A stretch of 64,000 nt of DNA, taken from positions 43,152,001 through 43,216,000 of the forward strand of contig NC_088802.1 in assembly GCF_011386835.1 (NCBI RefSeq), read 5' to 3'. A program made the translations under genes and the position numbers. This DNA comes from Chrysemys picta bellii. Taxonomy: Eukaryota. Below the pieces are notes generated by a model that had not been told where the DNA came from, ran no database searches, and was given only the letters and a program-made list of their open reading frames with translations. Positions 1 through 12,041 of the stretch are shown here, piece by piece. Each line of letters opens with the position of its first letter. Positions within the stretch are counted from its first letter, which is position 1.

Positions 1-1771
1 CAGGTATTGAAAGACTGTAAACACCAAATGAGAACTGCTGCTTGCATTTTTAATTTCTTGGCGCTATAAAGGGAAAATGTTATAATTCTGTCTACATGTA
101 CCTCTCTACTGGTAGCCTGTTTTGATCTCCCCTTCCTTCAGAAGAAAATGTATTGGAAGCAAGAGACAGAGGCTTTTATTAAATATCAAAACTTCTGTCT
201 AGTTGCATACCAAAAGATGTAGTTAAAGTTGAGTTAAGGATGCTGCTGTGTAAGTCTATACGAGTGTTTGGGTTGTTTTGTTTTTTCTTGTTGTACTAAC
301 AGGCTTTGTGTGAGGAGATTTTAATTGAGCACTTTGTTCTGAAGTTTGAGTTTGGGATTTTGAAGTCGATCACCCAGAAGGGATGGGAAACAGAAGGTGC
401 TGTTGTGCAGCAGCTACCTTAACTCCCTCTTAACAAAGTATTTTATAAGTACGTTTCTTTTGTTTTTAAACCTGTGAGAACCTCCAGCCAGCCTGGCTCA
501 TTCACATCTCTATCAACAGAATGGGTTTACTCTCTCATGGCTGGGATTTCAAGCCTTAGTAGACAATGTTAGACATTCTTTGAGTCTTGGGGAGTTCAAC
601 TCGGGTGCTTCAGAAACAGCCAGCACCAGAAAAAGCCTGCATGCATGGCAGTTCTCAAGTCATCTCTTTACTTTGACAAAATGCCTAATCACTACTGATA
701 AAAAAGGATGTTACACCATGCACAACATGGACCCATGGCCTCTACAACCCAAACATCCCACGGGATCTCCCCAGGACTACAGGTGACTATGGTGTACATA
801 TGTATGATGCACATAAATATATAATGTGCATGCACATAAAATGCCATCGTTGGTGGGGAGCGGTATCTTAGGAACCTCTTGACCAAATTTACACCACACA
901 TCTTGATGGATTTTAGAGAGATTTGAAAATTTGGCTTTAAAGCAAAACCTTGTTGCAACCTTAAGTATGGAGTATCTAGTAACTCCATAGTATTCCTTTA
1001 ACAGGTCCTGTCTTCTGTAGCTTCTTTTTCACCCTTCTCTGTCAGTGCATAAAATGGTAATACCTTCTACAGTCTTAGCTGTGCTGATAAAGAGACCATT
1101 ATCAGCTGTTTATCTGGAATCATTTTGAAAGAAGCAGTTTTTCATTCCTGTCCCTAGCAGTAAAACCTAAATCTTCTGCTGTCTTAATGTTCAGCTCTTT
1201 CACTCCTGCCTGTAATATGCGTAGGGGATGTTCTGGAAAGGATGAGGTGGCACTTTATTTCTATAAACGTGGGTTCAATTTGGCTCATATTGTGAGTGGA
1301 TTGACTCTGGTTTCAAGATGACATTCTTCCAGCCCCATACACTTTCTAAGTCGACTATCTTTGTTCAGGTGGGATAACAGCCATTGCTATAGGTCAGGAC
1401 TGAGTGCCTTGGTATAGCTATATGGAAGGAGTCTGCATTCCACCTGCCACTCTATTTGCCTCTCCAGCCAGTATTTTAATTCCCTCTTTCATGAATGCTG
1501 TCGTCACAAGCTTTGTTTTTTATAGTATTTATACTTTCAAAACACCCCAGACACTGATCATCTCTCTGATCCCTTCTTCCCTGTGCAGGGTCCGAGGAAG
1601 TGCAAAAGCTACTTTCCACCAATCCTTAGCCTGCACAGATGACAGTGGGTTAGTGTATCTCCAGAATCATTTGAGACCTAGATTCACAGTGATTAAGAAA
1701 GGAAACTTTATGCTATTTATGCTTGGAATTGTCTTCCTAGGTTTAATCGGTTTCCATTCATGTCCTTCTAG

Positions 1772-2035
<264 letters not shown>

Positions 2036-2589
2036 TAACCAAAATGGAGAGCTCTGACAGCAGCCCAGGGTCTGAAGGATTGCTTGAATTTTAAATAGGA
2101 AGATATGGGGAGAGAGAAGTTAACCCTTTAACTTTCCCTCTCTGATGTAGAATTATCTGATTCTACAATTCTGAGCCATGGATTCTGCAGACTAATTGTA
2201 TTGAAAAATAAATGCAGCCCATGTGCCTTCTTTTGGATGGGCTTTGTACCACTATAAAAAACTTGTAAATCCCCTTCTATTCTGGCAAAGGATGTCCCTA
2301 TGACTTTTTGATCATCCAGTTCACATCTTTAAGAATGATTTGGGATTATGCCTATCCTTCAATACATAAAGCACCATAGTGAGTCCATCTGTTCATTCCC
2401 ACCAGTAGATATGGTCTTAATCATATGTTATATTCCCTTCCCCCTGCTACTTTCATGGGATTTTGATTTCTGTTTGAATTTGTTTTTAGCCAGCAGTGCC
2501 CTCAGCAATACACTGCATACCATCAATATCTTAATGCACATTCCTCTTCAGAGGCACACTGTAGAGAATGGTTAAGGATATTGGCATAT

Positions 2590-2800
2590 GGAACTTCTCT
2601 CCTCTAGGTTGCTGGTTTGAATCTAGTCCAAACTGGTAGTGACTAAAGTTATGGTCTAATGGTTATTGGTTTTAGTTCAGCTCCCAGGCACACCAAAATA
2701 CCATCACAGTTGGCAATTGGTCTCTGTTGGGCTCTGCAGGAAGATCATCTGACCATTCGATGTGGCCCCTCCAGTCCAGGCTTGAGACATGCTGGAAAGG
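2590..2800 (+). mobile_element. LF-SINE-like ancient SINE fragment
   Basis: ctctaggttgctggtttgaatctagtcc...ggtagtgactaaagtt...accatcacagttggcaattgg resembles the LF-SINE consensus as recalled and the copies at ~54.0 and ~61.4 kb; boundaries approximate. Confidence 0.5.
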
Positions 2801-2816
2801 CTGAGGGGGAAACTTA

Positions 2817-3127
2817 GGGTATGTCTAAACTAGAGCGTGAAGTCATGAATTCCAGCTCAAGGCGATATACTCACACTAGCTCTGATTACCTAGCGTTTTA
2901 AAAATGGAAATAAAGCTGCAGTGGCACAAGCAGCAGGAGGGGCTTGCTGCCCCAAGTATGATCCTGTCTGAGTCCAGAGGTATGGACTTGGGGCAGCTAG
3001 CCCCTCTCGCAGCTTGTCCTACCGTGGGTACACATCTATTTTTAGCATGCTGGCGCAATCAGAGCTAGTGTGGGTATGTCTCCTCAAGCTAGCATTTACA
3101 CCTTCCAGCCCTAGTGCAGACATACCC
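2817..3127. mobile_element. PIF/Harbinger-type MITE
   Basis: TIRs gggtatgtct...agacataccc, flanked by TTA on both sides (2814-2816, 3128-3130). Confidence 0.7.
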
Positions 3128-3392
3128 TTATGCTGCTCTGTTCATGCTCTACCTCGTCTATAGATAAACAGGACATCAAGGCTATTGGACCAGTATTAAA
3201 TTAACCATATCAAAAAACACATAGCTGAAAAATACAGAAAACATGAAAATAAAAGTACCTCCTAACACCATAAGCTCATTTTTAAAATGAAGCTTTAGTT
3301 TTCATAAACACAGTATACAGATTTGCAGAAAACAGATTGGATAAAGCAGCAAAGAGGCCTGTGGCACCTTATAGACTAACAGACGTATTGGA

Positions 3393-3432
3393 GCATGAGC
3401 TTTCGTGGGTGAACACCCACTTCATCGGATGT
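3393..3432 (-). ncRNA. Minimal hammerhead ribozyme motif, inverted copy
   Basis: Reverse complement reads ACAU-CCGAUGA-A-GUGGGU(GUUC)ACCCAC-GAAAGCUC-AUGC. Confidence 0.7.
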
Positions 3433-4339
3433 AGAGACCAACACCAACAAAATCTTCACCAAGCATTCTCAGAACTACGATACCCGCAAGAGGAAATAAG
3501 GAAACAGATCAACACAGCCAGACATGTACCCAGAAGCCTACTGCAAGACAAGCCCAAGAAAGAAACCAACAGAACTCCACTGGCCATCACATACAGTCCC
3601 CAGCTAAAACCTCTCCAATGTATCAGTGATCTACAACCCATCCTGGACAACAATCCCTCATTTTCACAGGCCTTGGGTGGCAGGCCAGTCCTCGCCCACA
3701 GACAACCCGCCAACCTGAAGCATGTTCTCACCAGTAACTACACACCGCACCATAGTAACTCTAACTCAGGAACCAATCCATGCAACAAACCTCAATGTCA
3801 ACTCTGCCCACATATCTACACCAGCGACACCATCACAGGACCTAACCAGTTCAGCCACACCATCACCGGTTCATTCACCTGCACGTCCACCAATGTAATA
3901 TATGCCATCATATGCCAGCAATACCCCTCTGCTATGTACATCAGCCAAACTGGACAGTCCCTACGTAAAAGGATAAATGGACACATCAAATATTAGGAAT
4001 GGCAATATACAAAAACCTGTAGGAGAACACTTCAACCTCCCTGGACACACAATAGCAGATTTAAAGGTAGCCATCCTGCAGCAAAAAAAAATTCAGGACC
4101 AGACTTCAAAGAGAAACTGCTGAGCTTCAGTTCATCTGCAAATTTGACACCATCAGCTCAGGATTAAACAAAGACTGAATGGCTAGCCAACTACAAAAGC
4201 AGTTTCTCCTCCCTTGGTGTTCACACCTCAACTGCTAGAAGAGGGCCTCATCCTCTCTGATTGAACTAACCTCGTTATCTCTAGCCTGACTCACTCTTGC
4301 TTGCATATTTATACCTGCCTCTGGAAATTTCCAGTACAT

Positions 4340-4379
4340 GCATCCGAAGAAGTGGGTATTCACCCACGAAAGCTCATGC
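4340..4379 (+). ncRNA. Minimal type I hammerhead ribozyme motif in Penelope terminal repeat
   Basis: GCAU-CCGAAGA-A-GUGGGU(AUUC)ACCCAC-GAAAGCUC-AUGC: stem I GCAU/AUGC, 6-bp stem II, palindromic AGCU in place of stem III, predicted cleavage after C4375; activity untested. Confidence 0.75.
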
Positions 4380-5038
4380 TCCAATACGTCTGTTAGTCTA
4401 TAAGGTGCCACAGGACTCTTTGCTGCTTTTACAGATCCAGACTAACACGGCTACCCCTTTGATACTTGAGATTGGATAAAGTCTGTCCAAAAAAAATTCA
4501 CTCAACATGAATGACTGGTGGTTAGAAAACTTTAGATGGAAGCATTTAAAATTTCAGTGTGGTCCAACGGTCATTGTTTAGGGGAAAAATTAAGTGTCAC
4601 GGTATAGGGTTGGTTAAGAATACTCATTGAACGTTGTGATCTGTGTGGGAAGCAAACTGAGGAAGAATAAGAGTAATGAAGCTGTTAAAACACAGAAAGG
4701 AAATGGAGAAGGACAAGGATACAGAGGTGAAGGGAATATCTAGTGGAGACCCAGTAGCGTATACAATATGGGCCTCTGATAAGACATGGTCACAAAAAGG
4801 CGCAAGAGACTCCACCTTGTTGAGTTTTACTGTAACTCATTCATTTAATTAATTTGATCATTTTCAAAGGCCTTGTGTATTCTAAACTTATCCTTTGAGC
4901 ATCTTGTCACAGTTGATGAAAGAGGCAATTTGCAGAGAAATGAAACAGCCCAAATATTTACTAGTGGCACCTGAACTCTGTTGCAGAGCTAGAATGCAGC
5001 CTGTGAAACGGGGACAGTGAGAGATTTGTATGCTGTGA

Positions 5039-5257
<219 letters not shown>

Positions 5258-6257
5258 AGATAAATATTAGAGATTATTTAAAGAAACCAGAGAAACAGTA
5301 AATACACATACAGAGTCTAACTACAGCCAGTGATCTAAAATCGCAAGATGGTAAAACCTGAATCACTTCTTACCACAAAGTGATCTTCCTTCACTCAGTA
5401 TGGAACTTTGGGGGCGGGAGGGAGAGTTCAACTTACATGCCAAAATTTACCTTTAAATTAAAAAAATTAACAGATTTCCTCAGCTGCTCCTGGGTTGTCC
5501 CTTTCATTCACTCTTCCTTTTCCCCCCTCCTCTGTCCATCAGTGCATGAAGTTTTAATGCCATATAAAGTCCTAGCCATGCTGATAAAGGAAAAGGGAGA
5601 AACTCTGCTGGTATTTTCTCTCTATGCAAACAGTCTTCATTTGACATGGAGGGACTTGAGAGAAGAACCAAATCCACTGTCCTGCCTTTAAAAAAACAAA
5701 ACTGCTTTTTTGCCTTCAGCATTCAGCTCTTTTTGGTTGGGAAAAGATGGTGTTTTCTTTATTTTTCCTTCTCCTTAGCCACTCTCCCCTCTGAGGCTCA
5801 AGAGCTTCATAGCAGAGTGAAGGAGACAAACTTTTTTTCACAAGTCACAGAGCTGCTCTGAGAAATTCCAAACTACAATCAGTCTGTTCTCTTTTATTTT
5901 GGTGACAGCTTTTTTTCTTAAAGGTGTACGGTTGAGCACAGTCTGTAATTTTTTTCCATAGTGCCTTTTCCCTTATTTCCTTTTTTTATTATTTTTAAGT
6001 TAAAAGGACAGTCCAGAGGTTTTTTTCTTTATACGTGTAAATATTTTTAGGGGGGGGGGGAAGGGGTAGTTTTATCAATGAATATAAAAAGACATCTACA
6101 AAAAAGATGGAGCTTTAATATTTGTATTACCGTCTGACTTTCTTTATTCCAAGGAAAAATACAAGGCATATACAGTGTTGTAAGTGGCAGCACAGGCTGC
6201 TCAGAGGTGGGGAGCTGCAGCCAGGAGCCTCAGGAAAAAGGGGAGAGTAGGATTGCC

Positions 6258-6334
6258 TCATAGAAATGTAGGATTGGAAAGGACGTCAATAGGTCATCTA
6301 GTCCAGTCCCCTGCACTGAGCCAGGACTAAGTAT
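6258..6334 (-). mobile_element. Short CR1 LINE 3' end inside the GRB2 3' UTR
   Basis: tcatagaaatgtaggattggaaagg...ggtcatctagtccagtcccctgcac matches the CR1 tails at 13557, 30212 and 56784. Confidence 0.75.
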
Positions 6335-7247
6335 TATGGGAAACGGGCAAATGTATTTGGGGGTGAAGGTGGGTGATGTTCTATCAAAGTACCATGGTGG
6401 GAGAGAATAGTGCTGAGGTGTCCGACGAAATGTACATTCCTCTTGACAGGAAGCTTTATATTACAGGGAAACCTCAAGAAATAGTACTTGAGTACACTTC
6501 AAGGTATTAGTGAATGTCCACACATACGCATGTAATCAAGAGTCTGGCTCCCTTTAGGCTGGGGTAGGGAATATTTGCAATCATGTCTTGTTCTTGAAAA
6601 GAGGGGGCGGCATCACTGTTCTCCACTTTCTCCCTACCCCCTCCTCCTCATGCCAGTGTTACACAATTTAAGAAGTTGATTCTTACTTTTCAATCCTGGT
6701 TCACAGCAGGCTGTGTGGTGACTGCATTCCCCCTTCCCCCACCACAGTGGCATTCGTTAATGCCATCAGCCCCTCTGCCAGAGCAGTTTGACATTGATTT
6801 GGACAAAAAGGAGATAAATCAAACTGCAGAGCTTTGTGCCAATCTTCAGTTATATTGTTTCCTCTTGGCAGCCCTGTGGCTGAACCCTTCACCCCAACGA
6901 TGAACCCCAAAACTGCAACAGAGATCTCCTGCCCAAGCGGAGACGTTCCTGTATTGGCGGGTGCCTTTTTTGTACTAAGTGTTACAAATATTTTATTCCT
7001 GAGATGGACTCTGCCTTACACTTCATTTCTCCAGCAGATGAAAGAGAGAGCTACCCTGTAGAGTATTACTTTCTCTCCCTGTCCTTGCTAGCTGTCATTC
7101 ACTTTGTCTTCTTTCTAAAAATGATTGGAAAAGGAATCTATGGCATTCTACACCTGGACCATTTGATTGTTTCCTTATTTTGAAATTGGTGTATATCATA
7201 CAGCCTTATGTCTTGTGTGTACATATATTAAAAAAAATCAGTGTTTA

Positions 7248-7324
7248 AATAAAAAGGCCTATGTACTTAATCCTTTAACTCTGCAGCAGCATTTGGTAGA
7301 TAGTAATTAACTGTGAATAATAAA
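7248..7324 (+). terminator. GRB2 polyadenylation signals (AATAAA at 7248-7253 and 7319-7324), implying a ~2.1 kb 3' UTR
   Basis: Two canonical hexamers at the end of a U-rich UTR-like tract; cleavage site not determined. Confidence 0.65.
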
Positions 7325-9983
7325 TATCCAATGAATTCTTCACTTTAGCATCTGTCTGTTATTTCCATTAACTGAGCAAAACATCAGCCAGTCAAACTAA
7401 TTTATAACATGTAACTCAGTGGGAAGGAGGAGATAAGTTAGTCCTTCATCCTACCGAGATAGATAAATTGAGAACTGCATAGGTTAGCATGCATGGCCTT
7501 CTGGGTTCAGATAAAAATCCTGTCTGCTGCTTGCAGACATTAAAGATCCTTTGTCCATTATCTGAACGGTAGATGGAGCCTAGTTGTTTCCTTGTTCCTT
7601 GCTCAAAACTTTTTATTGATCTCCACAAATGGGCATGAATTGCTGACCCATAGTAAGGAACCGGTTGTGGAAGATCCGCTGGTGTATCCGATCTGACTTC
7701 TGACTGATAGCCTCCAAGTAGTTTATTGCTGCTCTTTTACTGAAGGACAAAGTCAGGGGGGATGCTGGAATCTGACTTGTGAGAACAGCAACTGTGTTTC
7801 CAACTGACAAATGAGTGATTATTTATTTTCCTGCTCGATTTGCACCTTGGCCTAGCTGCCTTTATGGATTACATCCAATGGTATGAGTTGGTTCCAAACG
7901 CACTTTCAAATGGACCAGAATGGCTTACCTGGATCACGATAATAAGCTGTATTAATTCAATGGTGGAAATGGTCCTTGAAAACCTGTCTGCATCAATATC
8001 AATTGTATGACTTCTCTCCAACCCTTTGCTCTGTGTAGATTATGTCCCTCCATAGTAGGATTTAAAGCATAATAATTGAAAGGCTGACTGACATATAAGC
8101 TTCTTTGAATTGTCAAAGATAATTCTTGTTTGGTTAGGAAGTCTTTCACCACATCTGTTCTGGAGCCTGCTGTCTCTGGCAATAGCTAAATTATCCAGTG
8201 AGAATTTTTTCATTGTTTTTCCTGAGTTGTGCCAAGTCAGTACCCCAACCAAACTTGCAATGATTTGCCTTGTGGGTTTGAGTTGGACATCGTTTATAAT
8301 GTTGAACTGGGACACCTTCACATTCTCAGTGCTCTTTATCTTCTATTGAAAGTTTAGAAAAATTCCTTATGACTTGTAAAGGAAGCAAAACACATTTGTT
8401 GCCATTTTGTATGGTTGTGTAATATTAATGATGGTGCTTGGTTCTTGTTTTTGGCCAAAATCCCTTCTGAGTAAGTCATGTATCTCTTTAAGGTTCTCTC
8501 TCCCACATGCACATACAACCACCACCATGGGTGCACACATACACCCCCTTCTCCTGACAATGCAAATGTCAAAATTAAGATTAAAGGTCTCCTTCCCCTT
8601 TCTCCTCTTTCACACCCCACACCCCCAGTCTCTACATACCTGACTGTCCTCCTACCTGATACTAGCAAAGCAAAAGCAATATGGCCAAAATGTCCAGACC
8701 TGGCAGTCTGCCAGCTTATATATAAAAGGCCTTTTAATATCCATTGAATATCTACTGCCACCACAGCAACCAAGCAACTGCTTCGGCTGCTGATGCTATA
8801 TGTAAGGATTGTTTGAACAGGAGTTGTAGGCACAGAACAAAGTAATGTGATGGGGCATACATTAAAAATGCAGCTGATGCGTGTTATATTTAACAATATA
8901 TTTTGACTCCTTGGAGAAATGATCAGCTTCTAAATAAAACCACAATGATCCTAATTCTGCATTTAAAAAAAAAACTAGCACTTCTCTCAAGACTCGGAAA
9001 GTCTGATTTCAGTATTTCCCTTTATTTTAACAAGTTTAAAAAAAATAATAATTATGAGCTGGCCATGCTAGAAGGTGAGTGAATTAAGTGACTGAATATT
9101 TGCTGCCAAACCAGCATGACTAATCAATAACTTGCCACTGTGAGTAGTACATAATGTTAAAGGTGCAGTTCTTAGTGACACTCAGGCTTTGTACATACTA
9201 CCATGAGAAAGGGAGGAGCTATGTGCAGAATTAAGTGCCAGAAACTCTTATTTTAATACTAGTTCTGCCATGGACTCCTAAATGGCCCTGTGAGAGTCAT
9301 TTTAATCTGCTTCCATTTCTCCACCTGTGAATTGGGAATAACCCATCTTCAAGGGTTGAAGACTATTTAAAGTACAATCTGCACAGTGAATACATTTGCT
9401 TTATCACTCTTACCATTAATTTAGAAAACTAAAACCACAAGCTCATGGAAAACCAGCTGGGCAGAAGGAGTTAGGGGGTGGGTTAGAGAATCCTGTCTTT
9501 TAATGAAATGGTGTTGCTCTGTCAGGTGCTGGTGGGCCAGTGCTTTATTCTATGCTCTGCTTGGTTGGAGCGGCTCTCCTGGACTGATTAGTGTTGAGTA
9601 ATAAAATACCATTGGGAGAAAAGGTAGAAAGAAAGTAATCATAGAGCTAGACTAATATGGTTCTGTGCTCTAACATCCACATAATAATCTGGGAATTGTT
9701 TACACAGTTGGTCTGTGCCTTCTATAATGGTTTACTATCTCTTGCCTGTCTGCATGGTGGCTAGCAGATGGTAGGTGTGCTGGGAGAAGAGAAAAAAAAG
9801 GAGGGGGGGGGGGCACACAATCCTTGTGAATCTTGGGTTTGAACACAAACCCACCACAAAACAAATGTATTCCCCCATTGTTCTACAGGCCATCTACCTG
9901 AGACTTCCCCTCAGTTGAGTGATTTGATCCTCTATAGCAAATGCCTGGCCCCTTCTAAGCTAGGTGTGATAATTGCCTCTGGA

Positions 9984-10086
9984 AAGGGTGACCAGATAGC
10001 AACTGTGAAAAAATGGGGCGGGGGGGGGGGTTAATAGGTGCCTATATAAGAAAAAGTCCCTAAAAATGGGACATCTGGTCACCCTA
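9984..10086. mobile_element. hAT MITE (TAGGGTGACCAGA-type TIR)
   Basis: TIRs agggtgaccaga / tctggtcaccct; perfect 8-bp TSD cctctgga at 9976-9983 and 10087-10094. Confidence 0.85.
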
Positions 10087-10249
10087 CCTCTGGAGGTCCA
10101 AGCACCTGTTCTGAAAGGGGGGGATCTGTCTGAGACCAGGATTGGCTGGCTCTGGGTCCTTAAAGGGGCAGATGACCCTGTTACATTATCCTTCTTCTTT
10201 TTCTTCTCTGTTGCAAAGACCAAGATGAGCGTGGGACCTTTTCCTCCTA

Positions 10250-10351
10250 TAGGGTGACCAGATGTCCTGATTTGGGGGTCTTTTTCTTATATAGGCTCCT
10301 ATTACCCCCACCCCCGTCCTGATTTTTCACACTTGCTGTCTGGTCACACTA
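10250..10351. mobile_element. Second copy of the same hAT MITE family, opposite orientation
   Basis: tagggtgaccaga...tctggtcacacta; internal gggggtctttttcttatatagg is the reverse complement of the first copy's interior; TSD only partial. Confidence 0.75.
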
Positions 10352-10429
10352 TCCTATCACCCCAAATGCTTTCCCATGACAGCTTGGGAGGAGGGGATGG
10401 AGAGGCACCTCGCCCAGCCCTGCCCTGTA

Positions 10430-11020
10430 TTACGCTGCGAGGTCTGGCGGGACTACATCTCCCAGCAAGCCTCGGGCCTGTGATGATCCTGAGCATGCGC
10501 AGTCTGTTATCTGTCCTCCCGGACCAAAACAGGCCGCTGGCTGGATTGGCTGGGCCCAGCCTGGGCCGATGTCAGCGTCCGGGGAGCGGCTCTGAGCAGT
10601 GCCGGGAGGAGGCGACAGCGTCCGGGAGCCGCCCTGGGTGGCAACGGGGTGAGCGTCGTGGCGGTGAATGTCTCCTCTGGCGGGGGGAGGCCCGAGGGGG
10701 AATTTCTGAGGTGCGGTGACCCAGGGCAGCCTCGGCCCCAGCGCGTCCCCGTCCACACCAGCGACCGGCCCCCTCGGCGCGTCCCCGCGACCGGCCGTTG
10801 GGCTCCCGGCGCGTCCCCAGCCAGACTAGCGACCGGCCCCCTCGGCGCGTCCCCGCGAGAGGCCGTTGGGCTCCCGGCGCGTCCCCAGCCAGACTAGCCC
10901 TGTCCAACGCAGTAACTGCCCCTTCTGCAAGTCCCAGCCAGTGACCCCCACTTCTGCCCCCATCCACCCGAGCCCCACACCAGCAGCCATCCCCTCTCGT
11001 AGGGCTGGTGCCGGCATGTC
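10430..11020 (+). promoter_or_regulatory. CpG-island promoter of SLC25A19 with probable non-coding exon 1 ending at 10648
   Basis: CpG dense; ACTACATCTCCCAGCAAGC (ZNF143/THAP11-type motif) 10452-10470; GCATGCGCA (NRF1-like) 10493-10501; inverted CCAAT 10545-10549; donor ggg|gtgagc at 10649. Confidence 0.7.
10761..10896. repeat. 68-bp GC-rich tandem duplication (2 copies)
   Basis: Units start at 10761 and 10829 and differ at 2 positions; gcgcgtcccc recurs 5 times between ~10741 and 10886. Confidence 0.9.
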
Positions 11021-11356
11021 TGTTCCAGAGGTTATTCTCCCCTTCCCAAGTCAAGGGGTATTACTGTTGCCCTTGTTAGCTGGCCGAAAACCTTTCATTT
11101 TGCTTTATTATTGTTCCTGTTTAAATAGGCCATGTGTCCTAGTGGTGGGAGCAGTTTTAGGAGTCGGGGGTTCCTTTTGGGGATCAAAAATATTCATAGG
11201 CCTGAGGCTAGCTTTCGTGTGACCGTGACCTCTTTGCTCCTCTGCGAGAGGTCAAAAGTAGACCTGTCACCAAAAACTCCTTATTCTCTTCTGTCTTTGG
11301 ACTGTAGCACTCTTGGAGGTTGATGCAGGTGGAGGCTGCCCGTGGACCAGGCAGTG

Positions 11357-11488
11357 ATGGTCGGCTATGACCCCAAATCTGAAGTGAAGTCCATCTCAGC
11401 TGTGGAAGTGGCTGTGGCAGGATCCGCATCTGGGTTTGTCACTCGGGCTCTAATCAGCCCTGTGGATGTCATCAAGATTCGCTTTCAG
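11357..11488 (+). CDS. SLC25A19: SLC25A19 coding exon 1 (mitochondrial thiamine pyrophosphate carrier)
   Basis: [44 protein letters not shown] with carrier signature PxDxxKxR; donor cag|gtacct; probable acceptor tgtag| at 11307. Confidence 0.95.
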
Positions 11489-12041
11489 GTACCTTTCCCA
11501 ACAGCCCCCATGGCACACCTGGGAGAGGAACATACAGAGAATAAAAAGAAGCGATGCTTTTTCTTTTAACCTTTTATAGTATTTAAATAAATCGTTGCCA
11601 GTGTCACAAATACACCCAGAAGCTATTACATAGCTGATTAAACCTCTGTGTGTGAGTTAAATACAGATTATACAAGGTAGACAGATATATTTCTCTTCGG
11701 GGGCCGTTTCTGCTTTCTGGTAACAAAGTAATGTATTTTTACTGCTCTGTCTTATTTTCTTGTACATAGCTCTTGTGTTTTTCTTGTTCTTCCTTCTTTT
11801 TTTCCTTCCTATCTAACTGTCCTAATTTAGTTTTATTAACATTGTTGCTGAATATCATAACTCTTTAGCGTTGCACATACCTCTTCTTCTGCCCCCAACT
11901 CTTAAGGACCAGCAGCAGTGGTATCTGAGCCAGTTGTAGCTGCCATGAGGGCACACAAGGAGTGGGGTCTGAGTTAATGTAGGCCACTGAATGTTTCAAA
12001 GATCAGGTTCAGGACCTTGAAGCAGATCACAGAGTAAAGTA

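Larger units (their letters stand above)
3347..4468 (+). mobile_element. 5'-truncated Penelope-like retroelement (RT C-terminus plus GIY-YIG endonuclease, frameshifted) with an inverted terminal-repeat fragment at its 5' end
   Basis: ORF 3337-3996 has the C/H linker (CNKPQCQLCPH) and VIYA...MYISQTGQSLRKRINGH GIY-YIG motifs; 13-bp direct repeat agattggataaag at 3334-3346 and 4469-4481; 3347-3433 is the reverse complement of 4339-4425 (83/87 identical). Confidence 0.92.

Noticed and set aside
7612-7931. Perfect minus-strand donor (cag|gtaagc at 7929) and minus-strand AATAAA hexamers (7612, 7722) suggesting a GRB2-antisense transcript
   Set aside because: No convincing acceptor before the donor or between donor and hexamers; the parts do not form a coherent gene model.
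8354-8896. 180-aa minus-strand ORF and overlapping short ORFs at 7.4-8.9 kb
   Set aside because: No recognisable protein, mixed low-complexity composition, no consistent exon boundaries.
10333-11222. ORFs of 100-160 aa on both strands
   Set aside because: CpG-island and tandem-repeat artefacts at the SLC25A19 promoter.
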